From positions 1 to 64,000 of the forward strand of contig MRSU01004894.1 of NCBI GenBank assembly GCA_008369845.1: DNA of 64,000 nucleotides. The letters are read 5' to 3'. Position numbers and translations under genes: made by a program. The notes under the pieces are model-generated. The model saw nothing but the letters and a program-made list of their open reading frames with translations. It made no database searches and was not told where the DNA came from. This document shows positions 9,291 through 20,729 of this stretch, in pieces (the stretch's first letter is position 1; every line of letters starts with the position of its first letter). This DNA comes from Trichomonas gallinae (Eukaryota).

Positions 9291-11818
9291 TCGCTCTGAA
9301 AACAAAATTTGGGTTTCAGATTTCTGAGAAATGCTCTCAAAATATTCAATAGGGATTCTCCCAATTATTATAATATAAAAACAATTGTGAAGAAAGTTAT
9401 AGGCTTTTTACAATCCTTTGAATTCCTAATAATATTATCTCTTGTTTTTATATATAATAGTATTTTTAAGAATTCAAACTGAACTTCCTTATTACCGAAA
9501 TTCATGTTTCATTTGCTGTGTTTATGTGTGATGATGCATATATGATAGAGTTCCACCAAAATTTCTTCTACGATCATTCTATAATTTTTTTGATCAGTGG
9601 TCAATTTCACAGAAAATTTGTTCAACTTAGAAACAGCGGAATTTCGAATTTTACTAACATATATATGCCAATGATAACGTATTTGGCCTCAAATTGTCAA
9701 AATCTGATGAAATAAAAATTCAAAAATGTAAACTCAAGAAATGCATTCGAAACCATTTGTAATTGCTTTATCTACAAAAATAATATGCAAAAGCATGTAT
9801 ATTTGCAAAAGATCGTCAAATAGATATTCCGGAATTAGAATTTGTAACGACAATATCATTAGCCAGAAAAATATAATATCCCCTTCTTTCTAAAAAAACG
9901 AAAAATCATCATAATTATGCAATAACATGACTCTTTCCATAGAATTAATTGATCAACTTTTGCTGTGTTGGGTTATATCATATTTTATTATTGTATTATG
10001 TGTTAATTCTACGAGTGCTAGCATATACATTAATAAAATTATATTTTTCCAAGGATTTTTTTTCCGGAAACAACAAAAATATAAATTAATGGTTTTTATT
10101 CCGAAATTCTTGCAATATAATAGAAATTACAGGCAGAAACGAGCAGCTTTTTGTTGAACGGAAAATTAATAATCGCGAAATAAATATCAGTGACAAATCG
10201 AACTGATATCACGGCTACAAGTGCTACACTTGTACATGAAGGATATTTTCGTAAATATCCCGAAATATAACAAATTTACAGGTTAGATATTGAGAAAACT
10301 AGCGGATTATATCCTGTCTATTAATTCTAAAGTTATTTTTGAACTACGCATTGTATATTCATGCTATAGCAGTATTATCGCATATGTAAGTCGAGTTTTG
10401 AACCAATGCCAAGATTCTTTATTGGGATTGCCTCACATAAATATGCTCACATGCTATAAAACATGTAACATCACCGTATATCGTTAGCCAAAGGTCAATA
10501 AAAATGAAATAAAATAAAAATATTTTATAAACAATGAAGAATTCATGAACAGTGGAACCCATCATCGTATAGATGCCAATTCTTACATCAAAGCTTATTT
10601 GACCTCGTTGAAACATCTTTTCACATTTTCTCAATTTTTTTGATGCAATTAAAAGGAAAAAAAATAAGGACCAATTGTGCGAAGGCCTTCTCAATTTCTC
10701 AATTTTAAGCGAGGGAGTAAGAAAACAGTAATCACGCTATTAAAATACTTCACATTTGGTAGAAGTGATGTGGCGATATGGATTTGCATATTATTGGTCC
10801 TACATTAATGGCTGGTATGCACTATGTCGCTTGTTTACAAGAATGGATCCATTACCCTAAATTGATGCAAAAAAAAACCCTTTTTCTGAACTCTTTTCGG
10901 AACTTGTATTTGATCTCATCTTATCTCGTTGATATCATGCTAATTTCACACTGACCAATGGAAAAGTATACAAAGTTACTTTGTAATATTGATACTTGCA
11001 GTGTATTGTATGCATAATGCTTGTTTTTTAGTGCTTTGAGAGAATCATCAATTAATGCAAATGGAAAGCGATGAATTTGGCATTGATCAATATATGAACT
11101 ATATGTATTTAATTGATGTCGCTTGCAGATACGGAATATATTTCAAACATATATAATGTTCTGTTGTTATATAATTCTGTATGTGTGTGTCATATTAAAG
11201 TATCTTTTGCATTAATCCTATCAAAGTTAATGGGAATGAAAGCTTTGATGTGAAATATATATATCAAACGCATTGAATACATGACTATTCAACCTTACTA
11301 TGTTTCAATATGTGATCAAATTGTTTATTTGTCGCAATGTTTTGGAAAATATTCATTTAACAAAATAATATGCTCTAATTGATGTATTTCATTTTACTAT
11401 AGGTAAATTATTTAACTCTTGTCTTTACATGCCCCAACTAACACTTTGTAAAATTGGAGTGGATAAATAGAAGAGATCACTTTTCGCCTTTATATATGAT
11501 ATTATACTTATAAAAGTGAATATTATTCCATGGCTGGATTTGATTAATTCCATATAATTTCAGAAGAATTTACACGAAAATCAAACTATAGCTTTATATT
11601 TTTCATTTTGTCACAGACATAAGATTGTCTACGCGTTCAACATTAAAAATTAATAAATCAGCGATGTAAAAAGGTTATATTTTCGATCGTTCAAAAAATT
11701 GAACAATTAACAGAATATTTTATTTAAGCACATACAAATATTTGACCCTAACTGAATTTTGATAATTTTACGAAATAGCTTTTTTAAACGCATATAAAAG
11801 CGTAACTTATATGCTGAT

Positions 11819-11998
11819 AAATAATATATGCTGATAATTTCTTTGAACTCATACAAAATAATATATGCTGATAATTTCTTTGAACTCATACAAAATATTT
11901 AATACATTCGGAATTTTGATAACTTTACAAAATGTTTTGTTTGAACTCATATAAAATTTTGATTATTTCGGAATTTTGAGAACTTTACAAAATGTTTT
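11819..11998. repeat. Nested tandem duplications (37 bp x2 perfect; ~60 bp x2 imperfect) upstream of PITP
   Basis: ataatatatgctgataatttctttgaactcatacaaa at 11821 and 11858; ttgaactcata..ttcggaattttga.aactttacaaaatgtttt at ~11880 and ~11941. Confidence 0.85.
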
Positions 11999-12156
11999 CA
12001 ATGAATGATTTTTTTTCAAAAATTTGCGGTAAACCTTATTTGGTTCTATTTTATTTAATAATTAGCGTAAATATAATGTTTAAATTTTTTATTTTGCATT
12101 GAAAAATATGACCATTTTTCTTCACAAAAAACTCAAAAAAATTTAAATTCATAATA

Positions 12157-12996
12157 ATGAGAATCATCGAATTCCGTGTTTTCTTGCCATTCACGCTTAA
12201 TCAGACACGTATCTCTTCCCGTTACACGTTGGCCCGCAGGTCGAAGGAGGAGACAAAAGGAGGAGATGGTGTTGAAATTATTGAGAAAAAAGATATAACG
12301 TCCGAAAACAATAAAGGCGTTTATGTCCACAGAGTCTATCACATTAAAGCGCATGCCCCATCATTTGTTAGGTGGGCTATTCCAGAAAGCTACGGACATG
12401 TTCACGAATACTACGAAAATTGTTATCCAAACCTTGATACACGCTTCATGGTCCCAGGTATGGGAAATTCGATGATATTAACTAATACAACAAGGCATAT
12501 TGCATTCAAGAATGGAGATGAAATTCCAGATAACCTCGCAAACTTAACAGATAGCGAAAAAGAAATCCGAACTGTTTGCTACTTGGACTTATTGAATGGC
12601 CCGAAGTCAATGTTTGGCGATTTCAACTGTCGTGGAAAGAGTTGCGAAAAAGCAGGAATTCATGAGATGTTTTCCAAAGATAATAGATCAGATGAAAGCA
12701 AGCCACCAAGCTGGATCCAAAACTATGACGGTCCAATGACTTTATGCGTCAAAGTTATTAAATTCGATTTCCAGTGGCGCGGTCTCCAGTCTTCCATCGA
12801 AAAATACGTTACACACACAGTCTTCCATGATATGTTCTTAGGAACTTATCGCGCTCAGGTTGTTTGGGCAGAAGATTGGTATAACTTAAGCGATGAAGAC
12901 ATTGATGCATACGAAAGCTCCGTTCAAGAGATATGCTGCAGTGCCAAGTTCGAACAAGAAGCTCCAAAGACATCTGCAATTAATAATGCTTATTAA
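12157..12996 (+). CDS. Phosphatidylinositol transfer protein (PITP, START-like fold)
   Basis: EFRVFLPFT, EETKGGDGVEII, GVYVHRVYHI, YP, F.WRGLQSSIEK, W.EDWYNLS.EDI follow the PITP pattern. Confidence 0.92.
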   Translation: MRIIEFRVFLPFTLNQTRISSRYTLARRSKEETKGGDGVEIIEKKDITSENNKGVYVHRVYHIKAHAPSFVRWAIPESYGHVHEYYENCYPNLDTRFMVPGMGNSMILTNTTRHIAFKNGDEIPDNLANLTDSEKEIRTVCYLDLLNGPKSMFGDFNCRGKSCEKAGIHEMFSKDNRSDESKPPSWIQNYDGPMTLCVKVIKFDFQWRGLQSSIEKYVTHTVFHDMFLGTYRAQVVWAEDWYNLSDEDIDAYESSVQEICCSAKFEQEAPKTSAINNAY

Positions 12997-13929
12997 TTGT
13001 ATTAGAATCGGTACATGCATGTTTATATATAAGACCATGTTTGTAAATCTATCTTTTATTTGTATCTATTTTATTAATTTCATTATGTTTATAGAATTAT
13101 CTTTGAATTTTTTTACATAAAGCAATTTAAGAATCCATAATAATGAATTATTCATGATAATGATAAAATTCGCATATTTTAGTGTGAAAAGACTAACTTT
13201 CATCAAAATAAAGATGATGAAATTTCAAATATCTAATTATTACGCAATACTATTGTTAAACAGAATATATTAGAAAAATTAAACGCTTGACATATTCTTT
13301 CAATATGATTTCGCTATTTTATAAAAAAATATTAAATTAGAATACAAATATATAGTTATTTAATAATAAACAATATAAAACCGAGTTTGATGATAATTTA
13401 AACAAATGAGCTATGCGCCAACAGTGAGAAATACTTGTGCTTTTCACTTAATGTTGAAAATTCGAAGATTCCTCTGCGCTTTTCATAAAGATCGCTTTCA
13501 CTTTTATGATTGAGCAGAGACTGAATGGAAAATATAGATATTGATTCAATAATTATCGATGAAATCTGACAAATTTGATTTGATTATCCATATTACTCCA
13601 TGCATAATGTTTTTTCTAATGATTACTGATGTATTTTAGAAGTAAATTTCGCATTTAACAATTTTTATCATGAACAAATTTGGAGAAGAGGAACAAAAAC
13701 ACCAATCTCATATTTCCATTTTAAAAACATGATCATTAATGTATTTAAAATATGATTATATTTGTTCTCTTAATTGAAATGTTATTTTCAGAAAAATAAT
13801 ATATTCTCTCTGGTTAAAATGCAAGATTAAGGTGCGTCGTTATTACATTAGAATATGTGTGTGAATTGATATGTATGATATGGAATAAAACAATAGTTTA
13901 ACATGAATAACAATAAACAAATAAATCTA

Positions 13930-14865
13930 TTAACAATGTTTCATCATTTCATCAGCATTTGAAAAATGCTGAGATGAACCTTGTGAAACTCCTTGATCTC
14001 TAGCTACGAATTCCACTTCGATTCCGAACCAATGACAAATAAAAACAGTAGCTTCTATAATATTCTTTTCACTACGATCGGTGTTGTGTTCTCCATCGAC
14101 TATTCTTAATTTCTTTTCATTTGAGCCACATAATGAATATAAAATTTGTGAATTCTTAGGATCAATGAAATTATCATCCTTTCCATGAACGAACATAACC
14201 GGACATGATATATTCTTCGTTTCATCGAGGATATCAAGAGAATAAATATCGAAGTTTGTTTTTTCTTTAATTTGTAGATGGATGTGTGGCATTACCGATC
14301 TATATAGTGACTTTGGTATATTGCGACTCTTTGCGATTTGCTTTAAAAGATCATTCAATGATGCAAATGAAGAATCACTAACTACTGCTGAGACACCTTT
14401 ATATCTTGATGCATATAAAAGAGCCGTGGCTGCACCCATGGATCTACCCCACAATGCATATTTCGTGCATTTGAATGTTTGGCAGACTTGGTCTATTACA
14501 GATTTCGTATCATCAACTTCATAATGCCCCAGTGTAATATAGTCACCCTCACTGGCTCCACATCCTATAAAATCGAAACAACATACATGAACTCCAACAG
14601 GAACAAATAATGATACGCAAAACCTTCCTTCTAACTGATTTGATGCGTTACCGTGCAAGTAGAATACAACTGGATTGGCTTTCGCAGGTTTTGGAGCTTC
14701 ATAAAACGATGCATATACACGCAAATCTCTTTTTGTATTTACAGCGAAGCCAATTCGTAGAACTTTCCCGAACCCTGGTATTTCATTATACTGTGGAAGT
14801 GCATTGAGCTTATATGTCATCCGTGGGGGTCGTATTATAGCTTTAACACCCTGACTTACAAGCAT
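13930..14865 (-). CDS. Alpha/beta hydrolase (clan SC, S9/ABHD-like)
   Basis: IIRPPR, YLHGN, FDFIGCGASEG, nucleophile WGRSMGA, HGKDDNFI, GEHN (Ser-Asp-His triad intact). Confidence 0.9.
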   Translation of the reverse strand: MLVSQGVKAIIRPPRMTYKLNALPQYNEIPGFGKVLRIGFAVNTKRDLRVYASFYEAPKPAKANPVVFYLHGNASNQLEGRFCVSLFVPVGVHVCCFDFIGCGASEGDYITLGHYEVDDTKSVIDQVCQTFKCTKYALWGRSMGAATALLYASRYKGVSAVVSDSSFASLNDLLKQIAKSRNIPKSLYRSVMPHIHLQIKEKTNFDIYSLDILDETKNISCPVMFVHGKDDNFIDPKNSQILYSLCGSNEKKLRIVDGEHNTDRSEKNIIEATVFICHWFGIEVEFVARDQGVSQGSSQHFSNADEMMKHC

Positions 14866-17581
14866 AACAAAATCTTCGAAAAAGTGTCAGTAAAAATTTT
14901 GGAGAAATTTTTATGAAGAATCTGTTATTTAAACAAGTCATTTACAGTTAGATAAATTTTGACTGTTAAAATGGAAAAAAATCATTTTTGAAGAATGTCG
15001 ATCTTTCAATGAATCGTTGTATAGGTGATATTAGCGTGGAACTTGGCTGTATATGCCCTATATATGGCATTGTATGGAGTTCTGCTACAAAATCAGAACA
15101 TTTTTATGCTCGGTAGATTATTTCTAGGTTAATTTAACAATTTTGCACTTAACCACGTAATAAACTCCTCGATATAAACCTTCTCCTCTGACTTTGACTT
15201 TCAAAATCAGTTGATCTAATATTCGGAAAAAATAATGCATATTTATACATTCTATTGTAAGCATATTTCGCATTTTCTTGTGTTACCTCAACCAAATTTT
15301 ATGTTGTAGGGCTTTAAATTAAAGATTTTTTCGAAAATATAAAATAATTAGATAAGCCACCTATTTGTATATTAAAATTTAGATGTGAACAAAACATAGA
15401 ATTCATATATATCAAAGTTAGGACAGAATTACGATTGAGATAAATATCCTTAAAAATATCAACGGTTCGTCATAAAGGGTTAACGGAAATGCCTGAATGA
15501 AAGTATGTAATTTAATCTAGAATAGCCTGACACGTATTTTTGAATTATCTACGGTAAAAAACTATAGATATTTAAGAAACTCACTCAAAATTGTTTAAGT
15601 TATATTTATTTGTGAGTATGGTTTTTGACTTTTAAACGACAAGAAGCAACTTTCAATATTTTCGAACGGTGAATAAAAATCCATCGTTAATTATTAGTTT
15701 TTTAAATTAAAATTGGATTGTATACAAATAGCAGAATTGAACATTGAAGTCAAAAAGTAGTATATCAAAAGAAAACAATAAATTAATTCTAGAAAAATGT
15801 ATTAGGATTACCGTATGTCAACTGTTGTAATTCCCTAAAGAAAGTGCTCGAAATTTTTGTATTTTTTATAATTTATGTTGAAAAATTTATTTTGTCATAT
15901 AAGTCATATATTTTGCTATGAGTAATTTGATGTAGAATACACCAAATTCAGAAAAAGATGATTTTTCATGATAATAAATTAAATCAAATTTAAAGCTTTA
16001 TTATTTGAGACTCTGGGATTACTTCAACCCCATAAATGAATTCCGTCATCAAAAATTTGCAATAATATGATTTAACAGTGAAAAATCAAATTCACCTCGG
16101 AGCTTAACGTTAAGCAAAATGTATTAGTAATTTGTGGCTATTATCGTTAGTTTCGTAAGCACATTTCATTAATAAAGAAAAATATTAAATCAATTGATTG
16201 TGTTACAAAACAATAACTATGTCACTTTTCTATAAAGAATGATTAAAAGATTATTCACTAAGAATCGAGCTAATAACTATGACCAAAATCAAGTTATCGA
16301 TAAAAATATAATGTGTTTGAATTTAGCAACTAAATGTATAAAAAAAACGGACATGCTCACTAGCATAATTTTATTCACACGGAAATAATGTCCGTTTGTT
16401 GATTCACTACTTCAAATTATAATTAAATAATTTCCAAATTGCGAACTATTGAAATTTTCATAGGACCACTCAATGCAGGTCGTTTGAAAGCTCAATATTT
16501 GTGAGTTTCTGGGAAATTGATAGGTAAGGCTAGGTTCAATTAGTAATTACAAATCTCTCCTTTAATAGATATATAGGATATAATAACAAATTTATTATTT
16601 GTAAGAGATCAGAATGTTTTATCTGTCGTCTGACCACATCATTATATTTAATCGCAATTTCATATAAAATGGTCATTGAGATTCAGGAAAGTAGGCCCGT
16701 ATTCCAAAACATATACATATGATATATCTTCATTGCTGCAGAAAAATAATCAATATTCTATAACCCATCAAAAATATATCATCGAAATATTACTAACGAG
16801 TCCATAGAACTGCACATCTTTATATACTCGACTCAGGATTTGAGTTTACTACTTTATAATGTCAGGAAAAAAAATTCTATAGAAAAAGATAACTGTTGGT
16901 AAATATGAATGATACAAAAAATCATATAAAGTCTAATTAAACATTGAACCAGGCTTAAAAACAGATTTCAACTACGTTTTATTAATTATAGAATAAAAAT
17001 AACTAATGTGTTTGAAATTCATAATTCCAATATCTCGAATACTATGAACCGATGAATATTTTCACTCAAATACTCATAACAATTATAATAATTCGAAAAA
17101 CATGAATTTATACCACAAAATATTGATATTTAATTTGAATTTACGACAAAACTTGAACGGAGATGTGTATCTATTCCAAATCCAATTATAATTTTTTTAT
17201 GAAAATCAAATTTTGAAAAGAATTAATTAGATTTCGCGCATATGAGGTTTTTCGGAATGATACTTAGTGAATTACGTGCCTTTATGGCTTGTATAATGGA
17301 ACGCTCTACTCTATTTTATAGTTCAGATGGCACCCTATTTTTGCCAATAAAATATAAACTGCTTTCAAAATCCGCATCTGAAAATTTTTTGTGAAAAATA
17401 TTAAAAGTATATCGGCACGCTCCATTATTTAAGAACTTTTTGATTAACATGATTGTGAGGCCACACGTCAAAATATAAAATAAATTGTGTGTAATGTTCA
17501 ATTTAATGCATTGAAATTATTTACAATTTTAGCGATTACAGACATGTTAAAAAAAACAAAATCGTGGTCAATAATAAATAA

Positions 17582-18397
17582 TTAAAGATTAAACCATGTT
17601 GCAGGATCGTTTGAAATGATATGCAAAATATCGAGCAAACTTGCCGAGTCTTGCATATAATAGTCATCTTCAGTCATCTCTGATTGCTTACTGGCAGAAT
17701 TTTGTTGTGGGAATAACTCATCGGGCGATGACTGGTATTCCTTAGTGATGCGATCAATCGCGTTCTCTTCCTCTTGAGTTAGCTTTGTTCCAAAATCAGA
17801 ATTTTGATGATGTGACCTTTGTTTTTGCTTGATCGATTCAACATGTTCTGGATACTTCTTGATAATAAGCTGGTATCTGTATCTGCACTGAACGTCTGTT
17901 CTACCAGGAACCAATGTAGCAACCTTAGACCATTTTTTATCACCAAAAGTTTTAACGGATTCAAGGAGCTGATAGTCTTCTTCATCTGACCATTGGTTCT
18001 TGTTGATCGTTGGGTCAAGAGAGCGCTGCCATCTCTGAACACATTGAAGTTTGTTACGTCCGTTACCGACGAACTTGCTGATAACGTTGAAGTCAGAAGT
18101 ACCATACTTGCTGATAGCTGCGATAAGCCTCTGGTCTTCATATGAAGTCCAATTACTGACCTTCTTGAATGATTTGGAATCATAACTTGGAATTGGCTCG
18201 TTAGGGACATCTAAAGATGTTAACAGCTTGTCCATGGGCGCTGATGTACCACTGACTTCAATGCACTTTGCAATTGCTTGCATGTCACTCATCTCTCTTG
18301 TGATGAACTTGAGAAAGATCTCTCTTACCTTTAACTGAGCATCATATGGTAATGCTTCGATGAACTGATCATACATACTGGGTTGATTGTTGAGCAT
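17582..18397 (-). CDS. R2R3 Myb DNA-binding protein
   Basis: WTSYEDQRL..GRNKLQCVQRW..LDP and WSDEEDYQL..KW..VPGRTDVQCRYRY repeats. Confidence 0.93.
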   Translation of the reverse strand: MLNNQPSMYDQFIEALPYDAQLKVREIFLKFITREMSDMQAIAKCIEVSGTSAPMDKLLTSLDVPNEPIPSYDSKSFKKVSNWTSYEDQRLIAAISKYGTSDFNVISKFVGNGRNKLQCVQRWQRSLDPTINKNQWSDEEDYQLLESVKTFGDKKWSKVATLVPGRTDVQCRYRYQLIIKKYPEHVESIKQKQRSHHQNSDFGTKLTQEEENAIDRITKEYQSSPDELFPQQNSASKQSEMTEDDYYMQDSASLLDILHIISNDPATWFNL

Positions 18398-20729
18398 TGT
18401 AGTGTCTTTCGAATCGGATACCGCGAAAGAATAAAAATGAGATTGACAAAAAATTGTTAACTATTGAAAAATTCATATTAAACATAATTTTTGAATACTG
18501 CGTAATGACACTTTTTTGTGAAATAATCTAAATGATTTTAGATCTATATAGTGAAAGCAACAAAATTTAAGAAGTAAAAAATTTTCTATGTGTTATTTGA
18601 TTTATAGAATCCGTTTAAAATTCTGATCCTCTATAACCATGTGATCGATCACTAAATAAATTATTTTCAAATTTTTTTACACAAATGTTTGAGTTAAACC
18701 ATTGTAACACTAATTGATTTTAGATAAGAATAGTAATAATTATCTAAGTTTTAGTAAATTTTTTTAAATTGAGATTTTTTGAGCCTAATTTATCGTTTAC
18801 TACGCGAATTAATGTCACATAAAAATCTGATATGAACCATGGAAAATAAACTTTACTGAAATATAATATGAAAATTTTCTGAAGGAAAATAAGCTCACAA
18901 ACTTGAAAATGATTAGGAACATACTAATTTTTCGAAAATTCTAACGATAGTGGTGCTGAGTTCAATCTACTCTAAAAATCAATGGCAAAAGATTAAAAAC
19001 TTTTTATAAGCAATCGGAATTTTGAAGATTTGAGGGTATATTCCAAATTAATGAACCTGCAGTAGCTGGTTCCCGTCCTAAAAATACTTCAATATTAATT
19101 TTTTTAATGAGGATTTTCTGAGGACAGTCATTTTTAACAGATTTGTGTTCGTTTATGTATCGATATTTTGTTTAATACTGCTTACATGCATTGTTAAAGG
19201 GTTCGATCATTATTTTCAGACAATTCATATTCAAATTAAATCAAAGTATATATCTCTGTGTTATTCATAGATCAATAACTGATATTTTTTTTTTTACAAT
19301 TTAAGAATAGTAACAATTTTTTCTGATTTTACATTCAATTGAAAAAATTGAAGAATTCATCGTTGAATTCAAATTACATCGGAGCCATATAGAATCTACT
19401 ATATTATTGGATTAAGAATTTTTAATATTCAAAATTCCTTGACAAAAGTTTGGAAATATTATTTGAGCTGATATCTGTGCATAATATCATATATGGATGA
19501 CAAAAGTTCGCTTCACGCGGTTCTTCGTTTTTCTGAGAGTTTTGAAAAATTTTTCTTTCAATCTTACAGGCGTCGTTAAAAAATATTTCTTCCTTTATTA
19601 CTCCAGGTTGTACCTATTATATACGTGATCGATTTGGAAAAAGGATTTTTGGCATTTAAAATAAAGGTGGATTTATTTTAATAACTCTATGAAGTATATA
19701 AATCAATCAATAAAATTTATTTTCCGTAATTTTTATCACAAACTTTTTTTCATGACAATACATTTGGCAATTTCCATCACCACCGGAGTTATTAGTTATT
19801 AAATACTTGAACATTGCATTTTTTATGGGTTACGCGCTTCCTTTCAAATCTTAGGAAAATATTTTGCAGAGCCGTGTATCATAATGCCCCTTTTTCTGAT
19901 TTAATTATCTTTATATTGGATAAACATATCGATATGTGTCATATTCCACTTAATTCTACTTAGTTTCCATTAAATTTAACGATTAACTTTGTTCAGGGTT
20001 GATATTATTAATACTGATTGGTGTATTCGGATACTATGCTGCTCCTTAAATAAACCATTTAATTATTACCCTATCTAATACCATTAATTGTTGCATATTA
20101 CTAAAATACAGTTGGAAATTCGAATACTATTCATCTATGTATGAGATAACAGGTGAATATACCGCTTTTACATCCTTGTAGTTCAATAAAATACGTTAAA
20201 TTAAATTTATGCAATCATATGGGATTCCGCCCTGTTGAATCACAAAAATGGATCGTGCGCAGTATGTGTATAGTTTTGTTTTATCCGTTAAGAAAAAATA
20301 GCAAAAACAATTTAAATTGTGAATTGTTTGCATTTCATTAAAATCTAACATTGATCCTAATAGTATATAGGTTTATTTAAACAATTCATTAATAAAAATC
20401 GAATTCCACGAAATCGAACTCAATTTCTTCTTCCATTCTTTAATATACGCCCTCTTTACTTTAAATATAGTCTAACTGAATGTTTCTGACTGCATATTCG
20501 TCATTAATATGGTATATATTCGATTATTTGGAATGAATAATATAATTTGGCTTTAGAAAATTCCTTGACGTAATTAAGCGTGTAGGATGCAATGCATCAA
20601 TATCAGAAGCCATTAATCGCTTCAAAACACGCCCAATTTACTATATCGTCGAAAAATTAAATTTGTAATATACTAAAAAACATGGTAAATCTTCAAATAA
20701 TTAGTTTTATTTTATATTTAATGGGTGAA

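Noticed and set aside
9518..11889. Short 60-91 aa ORFs in AT-rich spacers (also elsewhere, e.g. 1276-1646, 4447-4650, 52415-52642)
   Set aside because: F/I/L/K/N-rich translations typical of AT-rich non-coding DNA, often with non-ATG starts
9050..11998. Intergenic repeats considered as CRISPR-like arrays or MITEs
   Set aside because: Whole units are duplicated with no unique spacers, no TIRs or target duplications, and the context is eukaryotic
16102..18652. Isolated perfect palindromes GCTTAACGTTAAGC (16102) and GTGATCGATCAC (18641)
   Set aside because: Single unrelated occurrences, plausible by chance in 64 kb
19061..19073. AGTAGCTGGTTCC identical to a conserved LSU rRNA stretch
   Set aside because: Only 13 nt, no flanking rRNA similarity, and no C/D boxes on the antisense strand
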